A stretch of 19,914 nt of DNA, taken from positions 1-19,914 of the forward strand of contig BTVJ01000118.1 in assembly GCA_045863395.1 (NCBI GenBank), in the 5' to 3' direction. The notes beneath the pieces were generated by a model. It saw only the letters and a list, made by a program, of their open reading frames with translations, searched no databases and was not told where the DNA came from. This document shows positions 12,292 to 19,914 of this stretch, one piece after another; positions within the stretch are counted from its first letter, which is position 1; every line of letters starts with the position of its first letter. The position numbers and the translations under genes are program-made. The DNA comes from Myxococcales bacterium. GTDB taxonomy: Bacteria > Myxococcota_A > UBA9042 > JABWCM01 > BTVJ01.

Positions 12292-14594
12292 GGGTGGTTC
12301 TGGCGGCCCTGCTGCTCGCGGCGTGCTCCGGCGGGGAGCCGAGACCGCTGCCGCAGGATGGGGGTTCAGCGGGTGACGGGACTCTGCAGGACACGGCGAG
12401 CGGCGGAGACGTCGGCGCCAGGGCGGACGCCGTCGAGACTGACGCCGCCGAGGGTGGGGGGAGCGTGGACGGCTCGCCCCCCGAGGACGGCGGCGGACAC
12501 GACGACGGGGTGGCGCGGGCAGACTCCGGCGCATCGGACGGCGCAGCGCATGACGCAGCCGACCCGGACGACGCCGGCGAGCCATCGGGCGATACGTTGA
12601 CCGTGGAGGACTCCGCGGACGCCTCTCACGGGGCGGACGGCGGGGCGGACGGCGGTGACGCTGGAACGGGAGACTCGGTCGACGTGAGCGATCCCACGGA
12701 CACCGCAGCCCCGAGCGACGTCGGGGCGGACCTGGCCTCGGCCGATGCGCCGGATGGCGACCCTCCCTGCGTCGTCCATGCCGACTGCGACGACGGCGAC
12801 CCATGCACGGCGGGCACCTGCTCGGTCGACGGCTGCACCTACGTCCCGGTCGACTGCCACGACGGCGACGCGTGCACCACCGATGCGTGCAGCGCTGGGG
12901 GCTGTACCCACCTGACGGTCGAGTGCGATGACGGCCTGCCGTGCACCGCGGACGCCTGCGACCCATCGCTCGGGTGCGTGGCCGCCCCCGTGCCCGGCTG
13001 CCTCCCCTGCGCCATGGACGAGACCTGCGAGGACGGCGACCCGTGCACCCTCGACGTGTGCGCGCCTGAGACCGGCACCTGCGAGAGCGTCGCCGTGCCC
13101 TGCGACGACGCCAACGCCTGCACCGTGGACACCTGCGACAGCGCGGCGGGCTGCACCCATGGACCGCTCGACTGCGACGACGGCGACCCATGCACGGTGG
13201 AGTCCTGCGACACGGCCAAGGGGTGCGCCCACCAGGCGCTGAGCTGTGACGACGGGGACGCCTGCACGCTCGACGGCTGCGCCGCGGGTGCCTGCACGCA
13301 CGACCCGTTGGGGTGCGACGACGGCGATCCGTGCACCACCGACACCTGCCTCCCGTGGGCGGGCTGCGCGCACTTCCCGCTCGCCTGCAACGACTTCGAC
13401 CCGTGCACCGTGGACGTCTGCGCGAGCGGCGCCTGTGGACACCTGCCCGCCTGCGACGACGGGCTCCCCTGCACCCTGGACACCTGCGTGTCTGGCGTCT
13501 GCTCCACCGGCGACTCGTGCGACGATGGCGACCCCTGCACGTCAGACACCTGTGACCCGGGCATCGGAGGGTGTCTCTCCGTCCCACAGGCATGTGACGA
13601 CGGTGACGCCTGCACCCTGGACGTGTGTCGCTCCGAGGTAGGCTGCATCGCCCTGCCCTTGCCCTGCGGCGACGGTGACCCGTGCACCGCTGACACCTGC
13701 GCCGCCGGCGCCTGCGCCCACGCCCCCACTCCAGGCTGTACCGGGTGTGAGGTTGGCCCGGACTGCGCCGACCCCGACCTGTGCACGGTGGACCGCTGCG
13801 ATCCGGAGACCGGCGCCTGTACGCACACGGCGCTCGCGTGCGGAGACGGGGATCCCTGCACCACGGACTCCTGCGAAGCGGGGGCGTGCCTGCACACCCA
13901 GCTCGCGGGCTGCGCGGGGTGCGCCTCGGCCGGCGCGTGCGACGACGGCGCCCCCTGCACCACCGAGTCCTGCGACGCCGGAGCGTGTGTCCACGCGCCC
14001 GTTGCCGGCTGCGTGGCGTGCTTCGATGCGCTCGGGTGCCACGACGGCAACGCCTGCACGCTGGACACCTGCGACGCGGCGAGCGGGCTGTGCTCCCATG
14101 CACCGGTCGATTGCAGTGATGCCGACGGATGCACCGCTGACGGCTGCGCGCCCGCCGTCGGCTGCCACCACGAGCTGATTGCGTGCGACGACGGCGACCT
14201 GTGCACCTCGGACCTCTGCGTCTCTGGCGTCGGCTGCACGTGGGAGCCCTTGGACGATCCCGCCTGCCAATGCGCCGGCGCCTCCGACTGCGACGACGAC
14301 AACGTGTGCACGGCCGAGGCCTGCGACACGGCGGCCGGGCGCTGCCAGGTGCTCCTCGCTCCGTGCGCTGACGAGGAGCCGTGCACCGTGGACTTCTGCG
14401 ATCCGACGGGCGGCTGCCTCCACGTGGACCTGGTGTGCGACGACGCGAACCCCTGCACCTGGGACTCCTGCGACCCCGTGAGCGGCGCCTGCACCTGGGA
14501 GCTGGACGCCTGCGACGACGGTGACCCCTGCACCTTCGACTACTGCTCCTTCGGGGGCGCCTGCGAGCACCTCCCCCAGCCGGGCTGCCCCTGA
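12288..14594 (+). CDS. Lipoprotein with acidic linker and 23 Cys-rich CxDxxxCTxxxC repeats
   Basis: ATGA overlap with the upstream stop; MRVVLAALLLAAC lipobox; ~150-aa D/G/A-rich linker; repeats resemble the Dictyostelium CTDC (slime-mould) repeat. Confidence 0.9.
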   Translation: MRVVLAALLLAACSGGEPRPLPQDGGSAGDGTLQDTASGGDVGARADAVETDAAEGGGSVDGSPPEDGGGHDDGVARADSGASDGAAHDAADPDDAGEPSGDTLTVEDSADASHGADGGADGGDAGTGDSVDVSDPTDTAAPSDVGADLASADAPDGDPPCVVHADCDDGDPCTAGTCSVDGCTYVPVDCHDGDACTTDACSAGGCTHLTVECDDGLPCTADACDPSLGCVAAPVPGCLPCAMDETCEDGDPCTLDVCAPETGTCESVAVPCDDANACTVDTCDSAAGCTHGPLDCDDGDPCTVESCDTAKGCAHQALSCDDGDACTLDGCAAGACTHDPLGCDDGDPCTTDTCLPWAGCAHFPLACNDFDPCTVDVCASGACGHLPACDDGLPCTLDTCVSGVCSTGDSCDDGDPCTSDTCDPGIGGCLSVPQACDDGDACTLDVCRSEVGCIALPLPCGDGDPCTADTCAAGACAHAPTPGCTGCEVGPDCADPDLCTVDRCDPETGACTHTALACGDGDPCTTDSCEAGACLHTQLAGCAGCASAGACDDGAPCTTESCDAGACVHAPVAGCVACFDALGCHDGNACTLDTCDAASGLCSHAPVDCSDADGCTADGCAPAVGCHHELIACDDGDLCTSDLCVSGVGCTWEPLDDPACQCAGASDCDDDNVCTAEACDTAAGRCQVLLAPCADEEPCTVDFCDPTGGCLHVDLVCDDANPCTWDSCDPVSGACTWELDACDDGDPCTFDYCSFGGACEHLPQPGCP
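12786..14591 (+). repeat. Array of 23 ~24-aa Cys-rich coding repeats
   Basis: Hand count of CxDxxxCT cores = 23; consensus CDDGDPCTxDxC..GC.H.P. Confidence 0.9.
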
Positions 14595-14922
14595 ACGCCA
14601 CCCCTGCGTGAGCCGTCGACGACTCTTCACGCTCGCGGGGTCTGACGTGCACTGTCTCAGACGTCGCAGCCTGGTCGCTCCTGGGCGCTCCCGGCTGGAC
14701 CTCTCACCCTGCTGCGCGATGCGGCGCCGACTCGCTCACGAGCGAGCTCCACGGGATACGAACGCGACGGCGTCAACGGTATGACCGTGTACCCGAGGAG
14801 TCCCGTCGCGAGCTCGATGGCACGCCCGCGTGACGAGGCGGTCATCGACGACGCGAACCCGGGCAGGGCCCGCGCCAAGGACACAGTCGCAATCGTCCTT
14901 CCCCGAGGGGGTCGCGAGACCG

Positions 14923-16893
14923 TCAGGCGGCCTCGTCGAGCAATGCCCGCACCTTCCGCGCGAGGGCCTCGGGCCCGAACGGCTTCTGCAGCAGCGGCGC
15001 CGCGACGTCCAGCAGCCCGCTGGTGCGCGAGCCATCGAACGCATACCCCGACATGTACAGCACCCGGACATTGGGCCGCAGGTCCCGGATGCGCCGCACC
15101 ATCTCCGGGCCGCTTGTGTCCGGCATCACCAGGTCGCTGACGACAAGGTCGATGGTGGTCGGGTGCGCCAGCGTGATCGCCAGCGCCTCCTCCACCCCCG
15201 ACGCCTCGAGCATCCTGTAGCCGTGCTCCGCCAGCGCGCGCACCGTGAGGAGCCGCACCTGCGGATCGTCCTCGACCACCAGCAACGTCTCGCTCCCCCC
15301 GGCCACAGGGCCGGGCGCCTGCGCGTCCGAGGCCTCCGCAGGCTCGTCGCACCGCGGCAGATGGACGCGCAGCGTGGTCCCGTGACCCACCTCGCTGTGG
15401 ACGGAGATCTGACCGCCCGCCTGACGCACGATGCCGTAGACCATGGACAGACCGAGCCCGGTCCCCTGGCCGACCTCCTTGGTGGTGTAGAAGGGCTCGA
15501 ACAGGCGCTCGCGCACCGCTGCCGTCATGCCCGTGCCGTCGTCGCTCACCGACACCACGACGTAGTGCCCGGGCGCCAGGGGAGCCTGCCGGTCGATGGC
15601 GATCTCCTCGCCGAGCACCAGGTTCTCGCTGCCGATGGCGATGGTGCCGCCGTCGGGCAGGGCGTCCCGGGCGTTGACGACCAGGTTGACGATGACCTGC
15701 TCCAGGGCCGCCGGGTCGATCCGCGTGTACCAGGCTTCCTGCCGGTGGGCCACGCGCAGGCGCACCTGCGACGGAAGCAGGCGGGTGAGCATCGGCACGA
15801 TGCCGGCGACCACCGCGTCTGGATTGATCGAGACCGCGGCGGTGGGCTGCCTGCGCGAGAACGCGAGGAGCTGCCGCACGAGCGCCGTCGCTCGCGCGGA
15901 GGCCCGCAGCACCTGATCGAGATCACGCGTCGTCCGGCTGCCCGGAGCCTGCCTGCCGCGCACGAGCTCGGTGAAGCTCACGATGGCGGTCAGGATGTTG
16001 TTGAGATCGTGGGCCACGCCGCCGGCGAGCTTCCCGAGCGAGTCCAACTTCTGCGCATGCCGAAGCTGCTGCTCCAGGCGACGGGTCTCGGTCGCGTCCA
16101 CGGCGACCCCGATCACGCCAACCACCCGCCCCTCGTGGTCGTAGGAGGGCTTGACGTGCGTGTCGCACGTGCGCCCCTCCGCGAGGATGGCACACTGCGT
16201 CGGCCGCCCTGCGAGCGCCCGCTGATGGGCCGCCATGAGGGCCGCCAGGCCGTCCACCCCCTGGAAGAGCCGGGACACGTCGGCGCCGATCGCGGCCTCG
16301 AGCTGCTCGGGCCCCGTCTCAGGCAGGGCCCCCGACGCGGACATGCAGCGCAGCGCCTCGTCGGTCGTCCACACGAGCGCCGGGAGCTGGTCGAGCAGCG
16401 CCGCGAGCTTCTGCTCTCGCTCCGCGAGGCGCCGGTTGGACTCCTCCAGCTCCTGCCGCCGACGCTCGAGCTCGGCGACCTGGTCGGCGAGCAAGCCCTG
16501 CTGCTGCTCGATGCGCAGGGCCATGGCACGCCGCTCCATGGCATTCCGCACGGCCCGCTGCAACGAGACCGCATCGAGGTGCCCCTTGACGAGGTAGTCG
16601 TCCGCCCCCCGCTTCATGGCCTCGACTGCGATCATCTCGTCGCCCTGTCCCGTCAGCATGACCACCGGCACGCCACGGCGGACGACCTGAGGCAGGAGCT
16701 GCAGCCCGTCCGCGTCGGGCAGCCGATAGTCGAGCAGCGAGCAGTCCACACGGCCGTTGCCCAGCGCGGCCAGCGCCTCCTGGGCGGTGCCCGCCTCCAC
16801 GGTGACGCAACCCGCGCCGAGGAGGCGACGGATGAGCTCCCGGTCCACGACATTGTCGTCGACCACCAGGACGCGCGTCTGCGATCCCGTCAT
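14923..16893 (-). CDS. Cytoplasmic hybrid histidine kinase (REC-coiled coil-PAS-HisKA-HATPase-REC; CckA-like core)
   Basis: VLVVDDN..LLDYRLP..MLTG..YLVK; PAS LDQLPALVWTTD; H-box AGGVAHDLNNILT; NLVVNARDA; FEPFYTTK..GTGLGL; C-terminal REC DLVMP..YMSGY..KPF. Confidence 0.95.
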   Translation of the reverse strand: MTGSQTRVLVVDDNVVDRELIRRLLGAGCVTVEAGTAQEALAALGNGRVDCSLLDYRLPDADGLQLLPQVVRRGVPVVMLTGQGDEMIAVEAMKRGADDYLVKGHLDAVSLQRAVRNAMERRAMALRIEQQQGLLADQVAELERRRQELEESNRRLAEREQKLAALLDQLPALVWTTDEALRCMSASGALPETGPEQLEAAIGADVSRLFQGVDGLAALMAAHQRALAGRPTQCAILAEGRTCDTHVKPSYDHEGRVVGVIGVAVDATETRRLEQQLRHAQKLDSLGKLAGGVAHDLNNILTAIVSFTELVRGRQAPGSRTTRDLDQVLRASARATALVRQLLAFSRRQPTAAVSINPDAVVAGIVPMLTRLLPSQVRLRVAHRQEAWYTRIDPAALEQVIVNLVVNARDALPDGGTIAIGSENLVLGEEIAIDRQAPLAPGHYVVVSVSDDGTGMTAAVRERLFEPFYTTKEVGQGTGLGLSMVYGIVRQAGGQISVHSEVGHGTTLRVHLPRCDEPAEASDAQAPGPVAGGSETLLVVEDDPQVRLLTVRALAEHGYRMLEASGVEEALAITLAHPTTIDLVVSDLVMPDTSGPEMVRRIRDLRPNVRVLYMSGYAFDGSRTSGLLDVAAPLLQKPFGPEALARKVRALLDEAA

Positions 16894-17330
16894 GGTGCCT
16901 CCGTGGGAAACTCGACGATGCGCCAGTAATGGTCCAGCAGCTCGACCAGCCGGACGAAGCCACCTCCCACGTCGCTCTTTACGATGTAGCCGGCGACGTT
17001 GGACGCGTATGCCGCCGTCTTGTCCTCGTCACTCTTCGAGGTCGTCAGCACGAACACGATGGAGTCCCTCAGCGCTGGATCGACTCGCAGCGCCTGAAGC
17101 ACCTCGATACCGCCCATACGGGGCAGGTTCAGGTCGAGGAGGATCAGGTAGGGACGGGGGATCGGCGCGTGGCCGTTCTCCCCTCGCAGCATGTCGAGCG
17201 CCTCCTGCCCATCGACGGCCACGTGGATGGGGTTGGCGATGCGCAGCCGCTCGAACGCCCGCCGGACACCCTCCCGATCGACGACGTTGTCCTCCACGAG
17301 GAGCACCTGCACGGTCTGGGGATCACGCAT
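16890..17330 (-). CDS. Single-domain response regulator, Rcp1-like
   Basis: VLLVEDN; ILLDLNLPRMGGIEVL; VLTTS..D...AY; GYIVK; C-terminal YW. ATG 17330 follows SD GAGGAG; overlaps both neighbours. Confidence 0.93.
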   Translation of the reverse strand: MRDPQTVQVLLVEDNVVDREGVRRAFERLRIANPIHVAVDGQEALDMLRGENGHAPIPRPYLILLDLNLPRMGGIEVLQALRVDPALRDSIVFVLTTSKSDEDKTAAYASNVAGYIVKSDVGGGFVRLVELLDHYWRIVEFPTEAP

Positions 17331-18894
17331 CGGAGACTCCTCGCCTCTTCCAGGATTTGGGCCATGTGAACCGCACGGTGGCACCGCGCCCCTCTCGCAC
17401 GTCGAAGGCGACCGCGCCCCCATGCTGCTCCACCAGCTTCTTCACCACCGCGAGCCCGACGCCGCTGCCCTCGACCTCGTCGCGCGGGCGAAGCGTCTGG
17501 AACATACGGAACACGCGACCATGAAGGTGTGCGGGGATGCCGGGGCCGTCATCCGCGACCGCGACCTCGATGCGACCGTCGGAGTCGCCGACCGTGACGA
17601 CGATCCTCCCCCGACCTCTGTCGTGGTGCTTGATTGCGTTCGCGACGAGGTTGCGCATCACCTGCGCGAAGGGCACGCGAGGGGCCGAGATCTGCGGCGC
17701 ATCCCCCTCGACGACCACCTCGAAGGCGTCCGTCGGACCGGCCAGATCGATGGCCTCGTCGATGGCCTCGCGCACGGAGAAGACCTCGGGCTCCTGCTCG
17801 CTGCGCCCCGCCCGCGAATACGCGAGCAGGTCGTCGAGCAGACGCTCCATGCGCGCGATGCGCTCGCGCAGCATCTGCAGGTGGCGCCGGGAAGGCTCGG
17901 GCAGGTGCGCCGCAGCGTCCTGCATGATCCAGACGGACAGGTTGTCCACGTCCCGAAGTGGAGCCTTCAGGTCGTGCGATGCCACGTACGCAAAGTCGTC
18001 GAGCTCCCGGTTGCTGCGCTCGAGCTCCCGGGCGTGCTGCTCGAGCGCCCGCGCGACCCCTTCCCGGTGCGTCACGTCCTCGAAGACCACGCCGACGCAA
18101 CGGTCATTGAGCGGAAAGCAGCGGGAGTCGAAGACGCGCCCGTCCGCCACCACGCGCCACTGCCGCGGCTCCCGGGTCTGCAGCGTGGCGACCAGGTGCC
18201 CCGGGAGCTCGGTCAGGAGCAGCTCCGGTCGCGCCTCGGCGAGCGTTCGGCCCACGTCCTCCAACAACGCGGGGCGCCCGACGAGCCCGGACGCGGGGTT
18301 CGCGGCCATGAGCCGGAACGACCCCGGGTCCGGCGGCGCCGCCCACTCGTAGATCAGCGCTCCGAGGGTCGCGTTCTGGAACACCTCGACGTAGAGCCCG
18401 AGCATGGACTCGGCCTTGCGGGCGAGCTCCTCCTTCTCTGTGACGTAGGCCCCCCCCAGCGTGCTCATCGCCACGTCGAGGAAGCGCCCCATGCCGTCGA
18501 GGATCATGCTGGCCCGCTCCGGCTCCTGCGTCAGGGCGTGGTCGTGGATCACGCTGCGGTACGAGGTGAGCAGTGCGAACCAGTCGCCCAGGCGGACCCC
18601 CATACGGGCATAACGCGCGCCCTGCATCGTGAGTCGCTCCAGGTACTGCTCCCACTCGCCCTCCATGAGGGCCGCGGCCTCCGCGCGGCGGCTCTCCACC
18701 TCGTCGAGGGCCCTCTCTTCGGGATCGAGCTGGCTGAGGAGCGCGACGAACACGGGGATCCGCAGGGCAACGTCCAGGAGCGCCTGCTGGACCCGATCCC
18801 GGTGCGCCTCTAGCACCTCACCGAAGGCACGGAACGTAGCGGCCGCGCCCGGCTCCCGAAGTGCCGGCAGGGAGAGTGGGTTGGACCTGTTCAT
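17323..18894 (-). CDS. Soluble histidine kinase with N-terminal globin-like domain, PAS-like domain and Cph1/BphP-class kinase core
   Basis: H-box FAYVASHDLKAPLR; NLVANAIKHH; DDGPGI; FRMFQTL; GSGVGL. The N-terminal ~160 aa follows the sensor-globin helix pattern. Start is ATG 18894 or GTG 18900. Confidence 0.9.
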   Translation of the reverse strand: MNRSNPLSLPALREPGAAATFRAFGEVLEAHRDRVQQALLDVALRIPVFVALLSQLDPEERALDEVESRRAEAAALMEGEWEQYLERLTMQGARYARMGVRLGDWFALLTSYRSVIHDHALTQEPERASMILDGMGRFLDVAMSTLGGAYVTEKEELARKAESMLGLYVEVFQNATLGALIYEWAAPPDPGSFRLMAANPASGLVGRPALLEDVGRTLAEARPELLLTELPGHLVATLQTREPRQWRVVADGRVFDSRCFPLNDRCVGVVFEDVTHREGVARALEQHARELERSNRELDDFAYVASHDLKAPLRDVDNLSVWIMQDAAAHLPEPSRRHLQMLRERIARMERLLDDLLAYSRAGRSEQEPEVFSVREAIDEAIDLAGPTDAFEVVVEGDAPQISAPRVPFAQVMRNLVANAIKHHDRGRGRIVVTVGDSDGRIEVAVADDGPGIPAHLHGRVFRMFQTLRPRDEVEGSGVGLAVVKKLVEQHGGAVAFDVREGRGATVRFTWPKSWKRRGVSDA

Positions 18895-18960
18895 CGGCAC
18901 GTCATATTCGCACTTGTCAGGTCCAATATAAAAAAACCGCCAACCTCATCTCGACGAATA

Positions 18961-18991
18961 AGTATATATATTCTGACACATTGCACAATGT
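18961..18991 (-). promoter_or_regulatory. Putative sigma70 promoter with overlapping palindrome for the phosphorelay operon
   Basis: Minus strand TTGTGC(18988-83)-N16-TATACT(18966-61) in the most AT-rich stretch of the window; palindrome ACATTG-CA-CAATGT (18978-18991) covers the -35. Confidence 0.5.
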
Positions 18992-19106
18992 CCGCGCGTT
19001 ACACGAAAGCGGACACGCTTTGACCTATACCACTTTCCTGGCGGTTGTGCGAGCGCTCTGGAGTCCTCCTGGTTCGACGACCTCCGCTCCACGGTCGACC
19101 TCTGGG

Positions 19107-19207
19107 AGCGACGGCGACGGGTGCACCTCCGACTGCTGCTTGCCCGCCGTCGGCTGCCGCCACTCGGGGTCGCCTGCAACCACCTCCACCAGCCGGGCTG
19201 GCCCTGA
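19107..19207 (+). pseudogene. Decayed, internally deleted remnant of the Cys-repeat lipoprotein 3' end
   Basis: 19107-19163 matches 14115-14171 (47/57 nt); 19164-19207 matches 14551-14594 (39/44 nt, including the TGA); the two pieces are joined out of frame. Confidence 0.85.
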
Positions 19208-19553
19208 CCGGCACCGCGCGGCGGCGAGCCCGCGGGAGCGCGACGCTTCCGTAGTCTACACTGAATACTATCAGAATACGCATCGTTGTCGCCGCGGGTC
19301 GATCTTGCCCATTGACCCCGTTGCGAAGCCCGGGTTCGGGGTGCATTCTTCACTCGTCGGGCGGCGCTGAGCCCCTCGGCGGGAGGCGCGGCGCCTCCCA
19401 CATCGACGGCAGCACTCCCAACGCGCGTGCACGGTGCACGGGCGGCGAATCCCGCGGAGGCGGCGCAAGCGGCGCCTCGGAGATCTTCGCCGCAGGCGGA
19501 CGGGTGCGCCCATCGGCATCTACTCCCCGCAGAGGGGTCACTGGAGAGACGTC

Positions 19554-19914
19554 ATGAAGACCATCGAGACCATCATCGCCCGCCTCGCCTCCCTCGCCAC
19601 CACGGCCGCCCTCGGCCTCGGGATCTCCACGGGGGCCGCCTGCGACCTCGGCGGCCTCCAGGGAGCGAGCTGCGCCCAGGGCGCGAGCGTGTCCGTCCGC
19701 GGCTTCGACCTGTGCGTGCAGCGGGACGCCATCTCTGACTCCTGCCCGCCGGGGATGCCTGCGGCCTTCGGCGCCGGCGACCTGCTGGTGTGCTCGGAGA
19801 GTGAGGACCTGACGCCCGCGGAGATCACTGCGGCGGCCGACGAGGGGCGCGTCATCCTGGACGACAAGGGCGGACACGGCGAGCTCGAGCCCGGCGACGA
19901 CAAGGGCGGACACG
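19554..19914 (+). CDS. Probable secreted protein/lipoprotein with DDKGGHGELEPG repeats (truncated at right edge)
   Basis: Manual translation from ATG 19554, SD GGAG: MKTIETIIARLASLATTAALGLGISTGAAC...ILDDKGGHGELEPGDDKGGH; open to the edge with strong GC3 bias; not in the ORF track. Confidence 0.8.
   Translation, partial: MKTIETIIARLASLATTAALGLGISTGAACDLGGLQGASCAQGASVSVRGFDLCVQRDAISDSCPPGMPAAFGAGDLLVCSESEDLTPAEITAAADEGRVILDDKGGHGELEPGDDKGGH

Noticed and set aside
12786..14591. Periodic DNA as a CRISPR array, or Cys motifs as a multiheme cytochrome
   Set aside because: Repeats are degenerate at third codon positions and in frame; no cas genes; no CxxCH motifs.
10225..14652. 1475-aa minus-strand ORF and other long antisense or alternative-frame ORFs (e.g. 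5136-7457, 7775-9958, 14830-16929, 12839-14533)
   Set aside because: Shadows of real genes in high-GC DNA; Arg/Pro-rich or mirror-repeat translations with no motifs.
14595..14922. Small ORF or element in the convergent gap
   Set aside because: No SD, codon bias or motif support; only a short ACGGT-ATG-ACCGT palindrome.
18861..19370. 169-aa plus-strand ORF
   Set aside because: Crosses the AT-rich promoter and overlaps the kinase start; its only protein-like part is the pseudogene remnant.

Overview
Very GC-rich bacterial chromosomal DNA. The Cys-rich repeat lipoproteins and the sigma54 enhancer-binding system suggest Myxococcota or a relative (inference). Left half, mostly housekeeping: 5' part of B12-dependent methionine synthase metH (runs off the left edge, absent from the ORF track), an AI-2E transporter, a HEAT-repeat lipoprotein, a histidine kinase + NtrC-family regulator pair preceded by a -24/-12 promoter and tandem palindromes, and a DeaD/CsdA-type helicase. 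Right half, accessory: (i) a coupled pair encoding a secreted fibre-like adhesin with two fibrinogen-like tip domains and a lipoprotein with 23 Cys-rich repeats; (ii) a minus-strand three-gene phosphorelay (globin-like sensor kinase with Tyr at the apparent proximal-His position, Rcp1-like receiver, hybrid kinase); (iii) a decayed copy of the lipoprotein 3' end on the far side of that cassette, so the cassette lies between direct repeats about 4.6 kb apart; (iv) a truncated probable lipoprotein with DDKGGH repeats. No rRNA, tRNA, CRISPR array, transposase or integrase was recognised. All calls are by eye; no searches were run.
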